NCBI GenBank assembly: GCA_965205975.1
Contig: OZ242195.1
Span: forward strand, 1,184,001 to 1,248,000
Reading direction: 5' to 3'
DNA from: Candidatus Latescibacterota bacterium
GTDB taxonomy: Bacteria > Latescibacterota > UBA2968
Length of the DNA stretch: 64,000 nt
This document shows positions 18,955-28,614 of the stretch, in pieces. The notes beneath the pieces are model-generated. The model was given only the letters and a program-made list of their open reading frames with translations. It was not told the DNA's origin and ran no database searches. The translations under genes and the position numbers were made by a program. Each line of letters begins with the position of its first letter. Position 1 is the first letter of the stretch.

Positions 18955-21900
18955 ATGGCTCACACAAAAACACAGAGATACAAGGATAGGTGGGGGCAGA
19001 AGTGGTGTTACGCGCTTGCTCTGGTTATAAGTAGTTGCTTTTCACAGATAGCGCACGCGCAACCCGCGTATTCTCCCGGACAAATTCTCGTCAAGTTTCG
19101 CAGCGCAAAGCCTGCACTTACACAATTCCACGATCTATCAGAGCGTCATGGCGTGACGGCGGTTGAACCGCTTTTTACGCCGCGAAGTGCCAAGGCTGTT
19201 TATCCCCATCCTTTAGCTCAGGTGTACCGTGTGCGCTTGTCGGGCGATCCAGTCGAAGCCGCAGCCGATTACGCATTGCGTCCCGATGTTGTGTACGCGC
19301 AGCCAAATTATTTGTTTACGCACCAACAAGTGCCCAATGACCCGCGCTACAGAGATCAATATAGCCTTCAGGTCCTAGATTGGGAGCTATTGCAACAAAA
19401 TCTCGGTCCCATTCAAAAACAGATCATTGTCGCGATCATTGATTCTGGTGTCGATTATAACCATGAAGACTTGCGTGACAATATCTGGCACAATACCGCA
19501 GAAGTAGGCGGTGCGTCTGGCGTTGATGACGATGGGAATGGGTATATTGACGATATAAGAGGCTGGGATTTCACCCATGCGCCCGATCTGCCGGGGATGG
19601 GGGATTATCTCATGCGGGATAATGATCCGCAGGATGAATCGGCGCACGGTACGAGGGTTGCTGGCATTGTTGCAGCCGTTGCGAATAACAATCGAGGTAT
19701 TGCTGGCATTGCGCCCAATGCACAGCTTATGGCACTGAGGGCGGGTTTGAGGCGGCTTGGTGGCATTGGCTTTTTGGAAGAAGATGATATCGCTGCGGCT
19801 ATTCTCTATGCCGTAGAAAATGGCGCGCATGTTATTAATATGAGTTTGGGGGGGCCTGAGCGCACTTTTATCCTGGGCGATGTAATCCAGTACGCGCATG
19901 CTCAGGGCGTTGTGCTCGTGGCCTCTGCGGGCAACTCGGGAGATGAGTTGGGATATCCCGCGGGCAATCACTATACGATTGCCGTAGGTGCGGTGAACTC
20001 CGCCGACCGCCTGGCGAGTTTTAGCAGCACGGGCGCGTCGCTCGATCTGGTTGCGCCGGGGGTCAGTATTCTCAGCACACGTCTCAATAATCGCTATGCC
20101 TCAGGCTCTGGCACTTCTTTTTCCGCGCCTCACATATCCGGTTTGGCCGCGCTGATTCTCTCGCGTAGGCCCGATCTTTCGCCTCACTCTGTGCGCAATT
20201 TGCTCCTGGCATCTGCAATTGACCTAGGGCCGTTGGGGCACGACAATGATTACGGCGCAGGGCGCGTGAGTGGCGCGCAACTCGCAGACCGCCTGAGTAT
20301 TTTCGATTCGCTGACGGTTGCGATTCAATCTCCCGCCAATGACGAGGGGGAAGATACCTCGTTTGACATTCGCGCTTCTGTTTCGGGCGCGCAGGTCACG
20401 GGTTATCGCCTGTCTTATGGCATGGGACACAATCCACAAACATGGACACTTCTTTCAGAAGGGGCGGCTTCTCAAGAGATTCACCATACGTGGGATGTTT
20501 CTGCTTTTGCAAATTCTGATGTGGTTCTGCGACTTGAGGCGGATTTGTCGGATGGCGTGGTCGTGGAAGACCGCGTTCGCGTTGGCATTGAAAAAGTAGC
20601 ACCCTCTATCACTGCACTTGCATGTGGCGATGTATTAGAGGACGACCGCCGTGTTTTTGAATGTCGCTGGCGAACTGATCAGCGCGCACACGGGGGTATT
20701 GCCTATCGCTATGGCGCGGATTTTGATACTCTGTACACTGGTCTGGTGCAAAACAAACACCGCGTTGTTTTACCCCATACATTGCCTGCAGGTGTTGTGA
20801 CATTCCGCGTTTTAGCCGATGGAGAAAACAATATCCGCGCGGTGCATCCGGCGCAGACAATTGATTATGTTCCTTTTCGCGTCCCGCAAAATGGCTTTGT
20901 GGAAAGGGGCACATTGCCCGATGGTTTTTTGCCTGATCGCGCGTCGGATTTTGACCGCGATGGCAGGCTGGAAATCGCGCTTATGCCATATCTTACGGGC
21001 GACTCTTATGGACCGGTGCATATTTACGAACGCCAAATGGATGGCACATTTACCGATGAATTTCAAAGCAATGAGCGTTTTTTGCCCTGGGCAATTGGTG
21101 ATATTACAAATGATGGGACTGATGATTTATTGGGTGTGACTTATGAGCGTCTTGTGCTTTTTACAGATAGCTTCTCCGATCCCTATCCCACTCAGGTAGA
21201 ATTTGAACAGAGCGGCACATGGGGGGGCGATTTTGCCGATGTGGATGGCGATAGCATTCCCGATATTATTGCTCGCGCAGGTGATCAGCGCGGTATCCGC
21301 GTGATTCGCAATCTCGGCAGTGTGATTCGCGAGGAGGTGTTTCTCGTTGATCCTTCGGAAGGTGGTGGAGACCCCGGTCCGCGCTTTGTGGTTGCGGATT
21401 TCGATCGGGACGAGCAACGGGAAATTCTCGCTGGCGATGCAGATGGCGATCTCTGGATGTACGAATATCGCGCGGGAAAATACGTGCAGACATGGTACTT
21501 GCCGGGCGATGGGGATGCGCGCTGGATCGGCGGAGGTGTGGATTTGGACGGCGATGGGGTGGTCGAATTTGCCGTTGCACGCGCCTATACAGATGCGTAT
21601 GATCCTTCCAATGGATTCTGGGAACTGGAGATTTACAGTATGCGTGCGCCCGATACTTATGCGCGCGAATGGACGACGCGGATCAACGGCGTGGCGACTA
21701 CGGGCAATGGGATTTCAGCAGGGGATGTCGATGGGGATGGTCTGGCTGATTTGATAGTATGCCTGCGCCCCGATCTCTACGCTTTTCGCGCCGAGAAACC
21801 CGATCACTATCGTCCGATCTGGCATACGCCAGTGGGTTTGATGCGCCGCGCACTTATTGCCGATCTGGACAAAGATTTTCGCAATGAAGTGCTTTTTAAT

Positions 21901-22656
21901 TTTGATGGCGCAGTGCATATTGTTGAACGCGATGAACCGCCAGTTACAGTCGGGTCGCCGCAGATTATACGCGCGCGGGCTCTGGGACCAACCCGCGTTG
22001 AAATCGACTGGATGCAGGTGCCCGATGCTTCTTCTTACCAGATTTATCGCGCTGTTGGCAATGGCACGCTCGATTATTTTGATGAGATCAGCGACCGCAC
22101 GGTGTACATCGATTCCTTGCTGACGGAAGGCCAGACTTACCGCTACCAGATTATCGCTGTGGCCGATTGGGACCTGCGTTCGGGTATTGTATCTCTCACG
22201 CCAAATCGTGCGCCAGAAGTCGTGCGTGTTGAAACTCTGTCGGACAGTCAGATTCAAATTTTCTTTTCGGAAGAAATGGGAGCAGATGTAGCCAGACCGT
22301 CGAGTTATCTGCTCAGCGGTATTGGACAGCCCACATCTGTTATACTTGACCAGCAAAATACCCGCGCGGTTCTGTCCTTTGCCGTGCCGTTTCCCGCTCG
22401 ATATACACTGACTATTCTCAATACATCCGATGCGAGCGGTACACCTCTTGGGTTGGTAAGGATTGCAGATACTGTTGATCCAGACCTTCTCGCGCGAGCC
22501 GATGCCGATGGTAGTGGCGTTATTGATTTTGCAGACTTTCTATTTTTTGTCCGCGCATTTCAAACTTCCGATTCCACTTATGATTTTGATGGCGATGGTA
22601 TCGTCAATTTTTCCGACTTTCTCATCTTTGTCAATCTTTTTGGTCGAGTAGTATGA
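18955..22656 (+). CDS. Secreted S8 subtilisin-like protease with FG-GAP repeats, FN3, Ig-like and C-terminal dockerin/EF-hand-like domains
   Basis: IIDSG, HGTRVAG, SGTSFSAPH; multiple DxDGDG repeats; terminal paired DxDGxGxxxFxDFLxF motifs. Exact start uncertain. Confidence 0.9.
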   Translation: MAHTKTQRYKDRWGQKWCYALALVISSCFSQIAHAQPAYSPGQILVKFRSAKPALTQFHDLSERHGVTAVEPLFTPRSAKAVYPHPLAQVYRVRLSGDPVEAAADYALRPDVVYAQPNYLFTHQQVPNDPRYRDQYSLQVLDWELLQQNLGPIQKQIIVAIIDSGVDYNHEDLRDNIWHNTAEVGGASGVDDDGNGYIDDIRGWDFTHAPDLPGMGDYLMRDNDPQDESAHGTRVAGIVAAVANNNRGIAGIAPNAQLMALRAGLRRLGGIGFLEEDDIAAAILYAVENGAHVINMSLGGPERTFILGDVIQYAHAQGVVLVASAGNSGDELGYPAGNHYTIAVGAVNSADRLASFSSTGASLDLVAPGVSILSTRLNNRYASGSGTSFSAPHISGLAALILSRRPDLSPHSVRNLLLASAIDLGPLGHDNDYGAGRVSGAQLADRLSIFDSLTVAIQSPANDEGEDTSFDIRASVSGAQVTGYRLSYGMGHNPQTWTLLSEGAASQEIHHTWDVSAFANSDVVLRLEADLSDGVVVEDRVRVGIEKVAPSITALACGDVLEDDRRVFECRWRTDQRAHGGIAYRYGADFDTLYTGLVQNKHRVVLPHTLPAGVVTFRVLADGENNIRAVHPAQTIDYVPFRVPQNGFVERGTLPDGFLPDRASDFDRDGRLEIALMPYLTGDSYGPVHIYERQMDGTFTDEFQSNERFLPWAIGDITNDGTDDLLGVTYERLVLFTDSFSDPYPTQVEFEQSGTWGGDFADVDGDSIPDIIARAGDQRGIRVIRNLGSVIREEVFLVDPSEGGGDPGPRFVVADFDRDEQREILAGDADGDLWMYEYRAGKYVQTWYLPGDGDARWIGGGVDLDGDGVVEFAVARAYTDAYDPSNGFWELEIYSMRAPDTYAREWTTRINGVATTGNGISAGDVDGDGLADLIVCLRPDLYAFRAEKPDHYRPIWHTPVGLMRRALIADLDKDFRNEVLFNFDGAVHIVERDEPPVTVGSPQIIRARALGPTRVEIDWMQVPDASSYQIYRAVGNGTLDYFDEISDRTVYIDSLLTEGQTYRYQIIAVADWDLRSGIVSLTPNRAPEVVRVETLSDSQIQIFFSEEMGADVARPSSYLLSGIGQPTSVILDQQNTRAVLSFAVPFPARYTLTILNTSDASGTPLGLVRIADTVDPDLLARADADGSGVIDFADFLFFVRAFQTSDSTYDFDGDGIVNFSDFLIFVNLFGRVV

Positions 22657-22681
22657 GAGTTGGAGACTGATAGGTAAGGGT

Positions 22682-23332
22682 GTGGTCGTGAATATTGGTA
22701 TTCCCAAGCGCGCGTTTTTTCAGGTGGCTTTTCCCTGTATATTTCGCTCAGACACTCCGGCTATTGATGGCCTGCTCAATGACTGGGAGGCAACTTATTT
22801 GGTACCGGATTTGACCGGGGTTGAGGGAAAATATCCCTTTGCTGATGTGTATATGGCCTGGCACGATACCGGATTGTTTTTTGCAGTTGATGTAAAGGGT
22901 GCCGGGGGACGTGCGCCCGATGTTAGCCGTCCATTGCGCGGTGATAGCTTTCAGGTATGGATTGATACGCGCGATGTGCGTAATGCGCCTCGGGGAAGCC
23001 GGTATTGTCATCATTTTTGTTTTTGGCCGGGAAAGGGGAGGGGGCGAGCTGGGGGAAGGCAATTCCGTCTGCGACGGGCGAGAGCACATCCGAGATTGTG
23101 CGATCCCGAGCGTTTAGAGGTGGCTTCAAAGGTGCACAAAGAGGGGTATCGCCTGGAAGCCTATATTCCCGCTGCTGCAATGACCGGATTTGATCCCGAT
23201 GAGAATAATCGGATCGGTTTTACTTATTTGTTGCGCGATAAGAATTTAGGGCGGCAAGTTTGGACAGCAGAGGAGATTTTGCCCGTGTCTTATGATCCGA
23301 GTTTGTGGGGTACAGCGGAATTGGTGGGGTAA
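22682..23332 (+). CDS. DOMON-like/CBM9-like sugar-binding domain protein
   Basis: IDGLLNDW, YMAWHDTGLFFAVDV, GDSFQVWIDT, GYRLEAYIP. Confidence 0.65.
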   Translation: MVVNIGIPKRAFFQVAFPCIFRSDTPAIDGLLNDWEATYLVPDLTGVEGKYPFADVYMAWHDTGLFFAVDVKGAGGRAPDVSRPLRGDSFQVWIDTRDVRNAPRGSRYCHHFCFWPGKGRGRAGGRQFRLRRARAHPRLCDPERLEVASKVHKEGYRLEAYIPAAAMTGFDPDENNRIGFTYLLRDKNLGRQVWTAEEILPVSYDPSLWGTAELVG

Positions 23333-23438
23333 GTGTCAAAAGCCGAGAAGCGGGTTTGTATTTCGTCAAATAGTTTTGTATATTGGACACATTGAACGTT
23401 AGTCTCAATCGGATATAGTTTATATTCGAGGTTCGTAT

Positions 23439-24446
23439 ATGGCACAGGATAGCGAACTTTCTCAAGACCTCACCGCTCGCGTGGAGCGTTTGGAGTCGCT
23501 GTTGGCAATTAGTCGGTTGATGAATGCGACGGCAAACCAGGGGCGGTTGATCAGTGGTATTGCGCATGAAATCTCTACGTATTTGGAGGCGGATCAGTGT
23601 TCGATTTTTTTTCACAACCGCCTGACGGATGAGCTTTATACGCATGTTGGGGCAGGGGTCGAAAAAGACACGCAGGTACGAATTCCGAGCAATAGGGGTA
23701 TCGCAGGGCATGTGTTTAAGAGCGGCGATGTACGAAATGTTTTAGATACCTCCAAAGACCCTTTATTTCACAATGTGCTTGGGTATGAAACGCATACTAT
23801 GCTGGCCTTTCCGCTGCACAACAGACGCGGAGAGGTGATAGGTGTGCTGGAACTCCTGAATAAGAAAGGCGATCCGGGGTATTTTACAAAAGATGATGAG
23901 GATTTTTTGCACGAGGTGGCCGCGCAAATCGGTGGGTTGGTCGATATGATGCTGCGGCGAGAGGAGATGGCCCACCGCAACGAGTTGCTCGAAGCGCAGA
24001 TGGAGCGCTTGTCGGGATTTGAGCATCTGGTGGAGGACCGCACGGTTATCAATACTGTGTTTAGATACAACCGCAAGATACACTATTGGGCCGGGTTGGT
24101 CGGCATGATTTTGTTGGCAGTAATGTCTATTACCTCTCTGGTGATGGTGCGATCTGCTGATTTCCGAAAAATCATGCTGGAGTTGCATTCGGGGGTTATT
24201 TTTGCTGGTGCTAGCAATGCGTATATTTATACCGATATCGTTGCCTATGTTACTTTGACGATTTGTCTTTCTGGTTTTCTGATGTATGCCTATCCACCAT
24301 TGAATCGCTGGATGAGGGCTAAAAAGGATCGGCTTTCGCGGTTTATGATTCAGGCGGGGGTGCGTCAGCACAATCAAAATCGCCGGGTTCAGGAGGGATT
24401 GAGAAAAGTGTTGAGGGGCGGAGATAAGCCCTCTGGAAAAACTTGA
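23439..24446 (+). CDS. GAF domain fused to a minimal PepSY-associated TM module
   Basis: GAF: GIAGHVF, THTMLAFPL, VIGVLELLNK, FTKDDE. TM part: RKIHYWAGL...LELHSG...LSGFLMY. Confidence 0.8.
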   Translation: MAQDSELSQDLTARVERLESLLAISRLMNATANQGRLISGIAHEISTYLEADQCSIFFHNRLTDELYTHVGAGVEKDTQVRIPSNRGIAGHVFKSGDVRNVLDTSKDPLFHNVLGYETHTMLAFPLHNRRGEVIGVLELLNKKGDPGYFTKDDEDFLHEVAAQIGGLVDMMLRREEMAHRNELLEAQMERLSGFEHLVEDRTVINTVFRYNRKIHYWAGLVGMILLAVMSITSLVMVRSADFRKIMLELHSGVIFAGASNAYIYTDIVAYVTLTICLSGFLMYAYPPLNRWMRAKKDRLSRFMIQAGVRQHNQNRRVQEGLRKVLRGGDKPSGKT

Positions 24447-24514
24447 TTTTGTGTTGAGAAAAGTTTATTATCATGGTCCGCGATATGAAACGAAAAAGGA
24501 AACAGGAGGAATCA

Positions 24515-24958
24515 ATGCGCTATTTGAGGTTTATGGCTTTGGGTTCGGTAATTTTAGGGGTTGTGATGGCTGGTATCGCTGGCTGTGGTGGGGGGCAAGA
24601 ACAGTCGGACAATAATCTGCCAGTAAGACGTGCAAAGATGCGTGAAATTAAGTTGAGTACAGACCGGATTATGGTCGCGCTGAAAAACGAGACAGTTGAT
24701 GGGGTTGCCGACGATGCCGAAAAGATTCAGGATGCATTGCAAGCGGTGATCGATCTCTATCCGCCAGAACACGAAGAAAAGTACACGATTTACAATAAGG
24801 ATTCTCAAACACATGCTTTGGGGATTGCGTCGGCTGCCAAGGCGGGAAATGTCAAAGAGGCGAATAAGCAGTTCCGCGCTATGGTACCTTATTGCGGCAA
24901 ATGTCACGAAGATTGCGCGTTTATGCTGGCTCCCGCATTTCCCGAGTATGAAGAATAA
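24515..24958 (+). CDS. Class II (cytochrome c'-like) c-type cytochrome lipoprotein
   Basis: Lipobox IAGC, helical body, C-terminal CGKCH; RBS AGGAGG. Confidence 0.8.
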   Translation: MRYLRFMALGSVILGVVMAGIAGCGGGQEQSDNNLPVRRAKMREIKLSTDRIMVALKNETVDGVADDAEKIQDALQAVIDLYPPEHEEKYTIYNKDSQTHALGIASAAKAGNVKEANKQFRAMVPYCGKCHEDCAFMLAPAFPEYEE

Positions 24959-24984
24959 CGCCACTGCCAAATTTAGCACATTAG

Positions 24985-25035
24985 AAGCACCGCTATTGAA
25001 CAGGCAATTACGCGGTTCAATGCGGTGCTTTTTTT
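24985..25035 (+). terminator. Intrinsic terminator
   Basis: AAGCACCGCTATTGAAC...GTTCAATGCGGTGCTT stem followed by a T-run. Confidence 0.75.
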
Positions 25036-25045
25036 GAGGTTTCAA

Positions 25046-25750
25046 ATGTCGAAGTCAATCTACTTTATCAAAGATCCAAATATGCCTCATGATTTCATGT
25101 TTGGAGTCGAGCCATCGTCCTTGCGTGAAAACTGGGCAGATTATGCATGTCTGAAACGCCGCATAGGACTCAAAGCTGATCTTGATTGGGGTGAAAATCA
25201 ACTTAAGCAAGTTCTTCGTCAAGGTAACATCTGGCAAGATTTTCCCGCAAAGGGCTATACGCTGGTAGGAGCTGAATTCAAACCGGGTGACGAAGATCAA
25301 CGAGTTGACATCCTCTATATTCGCAATGATGGTGGGTTATTACCATGTGAACTTAAAATCGGTGGTAAATCGCTCGACACACATGGTCAGTTAATCCGAT
25401 ATATAGCTGATTTGTATTTTCAAGATGTCAATCTTGCTTGGGTTAAAGATTACCACAAAAATTTTTTGGGCACGATCTCAAATTCGGCTACCAAGCATAT
25501 TCAAGACGACACATTTGAGAAGTTTATCACTGACAATCGCATCAAAGATCGATGGGTTCGCATTTTGCCGAGATCCGGGGTCATCATGGATGAGTATTTC
25601 AAACCTCAACTTTTGAAGGCGGTTCGATACCTGAACGAATATTGTGGCTTCTCAATTCGGTTAATCCAAATTGAGACGTTTATTGCGGATGATTGGTACA
25701 AGGAAATGCAAGAATGCAGATTTCGCATAGATTTCACGGATGTCCAGTAA
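25046..25750 (+). CDS. PD-(D/E)XK nuclease-fold protein (NucS-C/DUF91-like)
   Basis: E...RVDILYI...PCELK...GQLIRY motif; AT-rich sequence. Confidence 0.7.
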   Translation: MSKSIYFIKDPNMPHDFMFGVEPSSLRENWADYACLKRRIGLKADLDWGENQLKQVLRQGNIWQDFPAKGYTLVGAEFKPGDEDQRVDILYIRNDGGLLPCELKIGGKSLDTHGQLIRYIADLYFQDVNLAWVKDYHKNFLGTISNSATKHIQDDTFEKFITDNRIKDRWVRILPRSGVIMDEYFKPQLLKAVRYLNEYCGFSIRLIQIETFIADDWYKEMQECRFRIDFTDVQ

Positions 25751-25797
25751 ATCTGTTAATTCCAAAGCCCAGTATAACAAACGGTAGGAAAAATAAA

Positions 25798-26353
25798 ATG
25801 AACAGAGATCGAAAAACCAGTAATGCTTCTGTTGGGAAAATTGATAAAGTTGAGCCAGCACGGGAATTTCATAACTCAACAGGAGGCAAGTGGATACCTA
25901 TTCTAAAAGCATTTAATCCTCTTGGTGCCATAGCCGAGTCATACGCCAAAACTCTGGCGTATAAAATTGAAACAAAGCGCCTTGAGGTTGAGCTGACCAG
26001 AATAGAGGAACAAGCGGATATTGCACACCATGTGATTGATAACTCGTTTAAGCTGAAAATGGAGGAACTTACTCATAGAAGAATCGCGCTTGTTGGATTC
26101 TATGAAACAGTAAATGCAGAATTGCAAAGGCTTCACATAGAAAGGGTGAAGGTTTTGGAGATGGCACAATTGGCTCAACAGCAATCCTTTGAAAAAGGTT
26201 TATCAATTGAAGAGCGTCAAATGTTCAAAGAAATGGCAATTGAAATGACAAGAGAGTTGCCGCGTTTTGGGGATCAAGCCAACGCATCACTCCAAATAAC
26301 TTATTGACGCCCTTCCCCCTGTTGAAATTTCTCCCAAGCTGTTGGAGGGTTAG
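25798..26353 (+). pseudogene. Coiled-coil hypothetical protein; probable +1 frameshift near the 3' end (~26297)
   Basis: The ORF stops at 26307 (…LQITY*). Deleting one T gives LQKLIDALPPVEISPKLLEG* ending 26353, 4 nt before the next ATG. Confidence 0.55.
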
Positions 26354-26357
26354 GATT

Positions 26358-27003
26358 ATGGGGTTGTTGATTCCTGTTGCAGTAGTAGGTGGAATTGTAG
26401 CACTTATCTATAAGGCTGTCTCGGAGAAAGAACGCGAGGCCAGTCAACGTTGGGAGGAAATGCGATGGGATGTTGAACGTAGCGTTGAGGAGCATCGAAG
26501 AAATATCGAAGCCCATCTTGCTCAAGCACAATATAGTTATAATTTCCAGATTTTAGTCGATGAACATTATGCCTCTATGAAAACAGCGGATGCTGCATAC
26601 AAACTCTTGGATGATGCCCGTAGCACTGAAAATGGTCTGAACAAAATGTTAAAAGAAGCAAAAGACCAGAGAACATTGCTTCGAGAAAGACTAAGAGAAT
26701 CAAAAAAAATAAAGGACAAAGGGTTTATATTTTTAAAAAAAACGAGAAAAAAAGAGCAATGCACTAATACGTGACATAGAATTACAGCTAAAAGAGATTC
26801 GTGAATTACGGGAAAGCATTTTTGAAGATAGGGATAAAGTGAAGGAGCAAAAGGCGTCATTCTTACTGGAGGTCCAAAGCTTAAACAATCGAACAAGAGA
26901 ATTGAAGGAGTTGATTCGGGATGAGTGTGGAACCAGAGGTTTAGACTGGTTCAATAGATTGGAAGAAAGAACGAGAAGACGGCGTTTATCGGAGGGAAGA
27001 TAG
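26358..27003 (+). pseudogene. N-terminal TM/coiled-coil protein interrupted by a frameshift in an A-rich tract (26721-26760)
   Basis: The ORF ends at 26774. The +1 frame continues ALIRDIELQLKEIRELRE...ECGTRGLDWFNRLEERT to TAG at 27003. Confidence 0.7.
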
Positions 27004-27052
27004 TAAAATAAAGTTATCTGAGAATTTTGTAAAATAAGAGAAAGGAAATAGT

Positions 27053-27277
27053 ATGGCGGAGCACATAGTGGAAATCTATGAAAAATATGTCAAACCTTTG
27101 CCCACAGCAGAACGGCTACGCCTGTTAGAAATGACGGTTCATGGTTTGACACTCACCGCTCCACAGGAGCCTCAAAAACGGAGCATTTTGGAGTTGCGCG
27201 GATTAGGCAAAGAAATTTGGCAAGGCGTAGATGCTCAAAAGTATGTGGATGACCTTCGCGGAGAATGGGATCATTGA
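27053..27277 (+). CDS. Putative antitoxin (VapB-like)
   Basis: 74 aa, RSILELRGLGKEIW...LRGEW; overlaps the downstream PIN gene. Confidence 0.75.
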   Translation: MAEHIVEIYEKYVKPLPTAERLRLLEMTVHGLTLTAPQEPQKRSILELRGLGKEIWQGVDAQKYVDDLRGEWDH

Positions 27278-27756
27278 CCAGGATCACACTGGATGACGCA
27301 TTGGCAGGTGTAACAACGTTGGGATGCGATACGTCGCCCGTCATCTATTTAATCGAAACACATCCCGATTACGATGTATTAGTTACCGAGATTTTTCGAA
27401 GGATTGACCGTGGGATCATAACGGGATTTACTTCAGCCATTACCCTGACGGAAGTCTTAACTCAACCTTTGAAACAAGGACAGATTCACTTTCAAAAAGA
27501 ATATTGCGATTTGTTGCTTCACAGTGCCAACTTTTATACGCTGCCTATCAACGCAGAGATAGCCGAACAAGCTGCTGGTCTTCGGGCGCAATATGGATTA
27601 CGCACGCCTGATGCACTGCAAGTTGCTGCTGCTAAAACGGCGAACTGTCAGGCCTTTTTAACCAATGATAAAGCTCTCAAACGCATAAAGGATGTGAGGG
27701 TGATTATTCTCGATGAATTAGAGTTTAAACCAGAAGATGAAACACATACAGAGTAG
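27265..27756 (+). CDS. vapC: PIN-domain VapC-family toxin
   Basis: DTSPVIY, TLTEVL, LRTPDALQVAAA, LTND. Confidence 0.88.
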   Translation: MGSLTRITLDDALAGVTTLGCDTSPVIYLIETHPDYDVLVTEIFRRIDRGIITGFTSAITLTEVLTQPLKQGQIHFQKEYCDLLLHSANFYTLPINAEIAEQAAGLRAQYGLRTPDALQVAAAKTANCQAFLTNDKALKRIKDVRVIILDELEFKPEDETHTE

Positions 27757-27781
27757 GCCAAAACAATCCGCTTCGGGTTCT

Positions 27782-27818
27782 AAAAAAAGCGTCGGCTAAT
27801 TAAGCTGACGCTTTTTTT
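27782..27818. terminator. Bidirectional intrinsic terminator
   Basis: A7-GCGTCGGCT-loop-AGCTGACGC-T7 between convergent genes. Confidence 0.85.
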
Positions 27819-27829
27819 ATAGGGCTATC

Positions 27830-28588
27830 TTAGAATCGCCAGATTTTCAGGGCGGTTTTTCCGAATATCCATTCTCTGTCTTCTTCACTGAGGGCAGATA
27901 GATAATCCATTGGGACTTTGAGGCTGTTGTCATAGCCTTCGCGTCTGCTTACTGGAGGATAGTCGCTTCCCCACATGACCCTTTGGGGACCGAAGGCTTC
28001 GATGGCCATGTCGGCGAGTGGGGGAATGGGATCAAAGGGCAGGGGGACGGGACAGATTTCGCCGAATCCGGGGAGTTTAATGGACAGATTGGGGTGTTCG
28101 GCGAGTTCGAGGATTTTTTTGAAGGTATCATAAGGAGGTTGCTGGCCCTCGCCGATGCCCGCGAGGTGTTCGATCACAATGGACAGAGTTGGAAATTCTC
28201 TGATTACTTCTGCAAATTCATCGCTCAGAAGGCTCTGTGGATTGCTCGGCGCACTGACGACGAGGTCGAGTTCGGCTGCTGTGCGCCACTGCGCGAGGGG
28301 ATCGGCGCAATCGGCGCGGCTATTTGCAGGGAGACGGATGCCCACGATGCCCTGTTCTGCCCATTGTCGCATGGCTGTGCCATCGTCTGTTGGTTCAACG
28401 ATCATGGCCGCTTGAAATTTTTCCGGATGTGCCGCCATGCTGTCGAGCATATACTGGTTATCCGAGTTCCCCGCGTACTGGATGAAGACGGCACGATCAA
28501 CGCCAGATGTGTTCATGTGGTAGAGTAGGGATTCTACGGGTTCGTATTTGTGAAGTCCAATGTGGCAGTGTGTATCGACAATGGTCAT
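27830..28588 (-). CDS. Amidohydrolase_2 family protein
   Basis: DTHCH, IEHLA, MWGSDYP. Confidence 0.85.
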   Translation of the reverse strand: MTIVDTHCHIGLHKYEPVESLLYHMNTSGVDRAVFIQYAGNSDNQYMLDSMAAHPEKFQAAMIVEPTDDGTAMRQWAEQGIVGIRLPANSRADCADPLAQWRTAAELDLVVSAPSNPQSLLSDEFAEVIREFPTLSIVIEHLAGIGEGQQPPYDTFKKILELAEHPNLSIKLPGFGEICPVPLPFDPIPPLADMAIEAFGPQRVMWGSDYPPVSRREGYDNSLKVPMDYLSALSEEDREWIFGKTALKIWRF

Positions 28589-28614
28589 TGCGTTTTTACT
28601 CCGAAAGGGTGGGA

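Noticed and set aside
24956..25800. Integron cassette/attC sites around the AT-rich islet
   Set aside because: TAAC motifs are present, but I could not find a paired RYYYAAC...GTTRRRY structure and there is no integrase. The hairpin fits a terminator.
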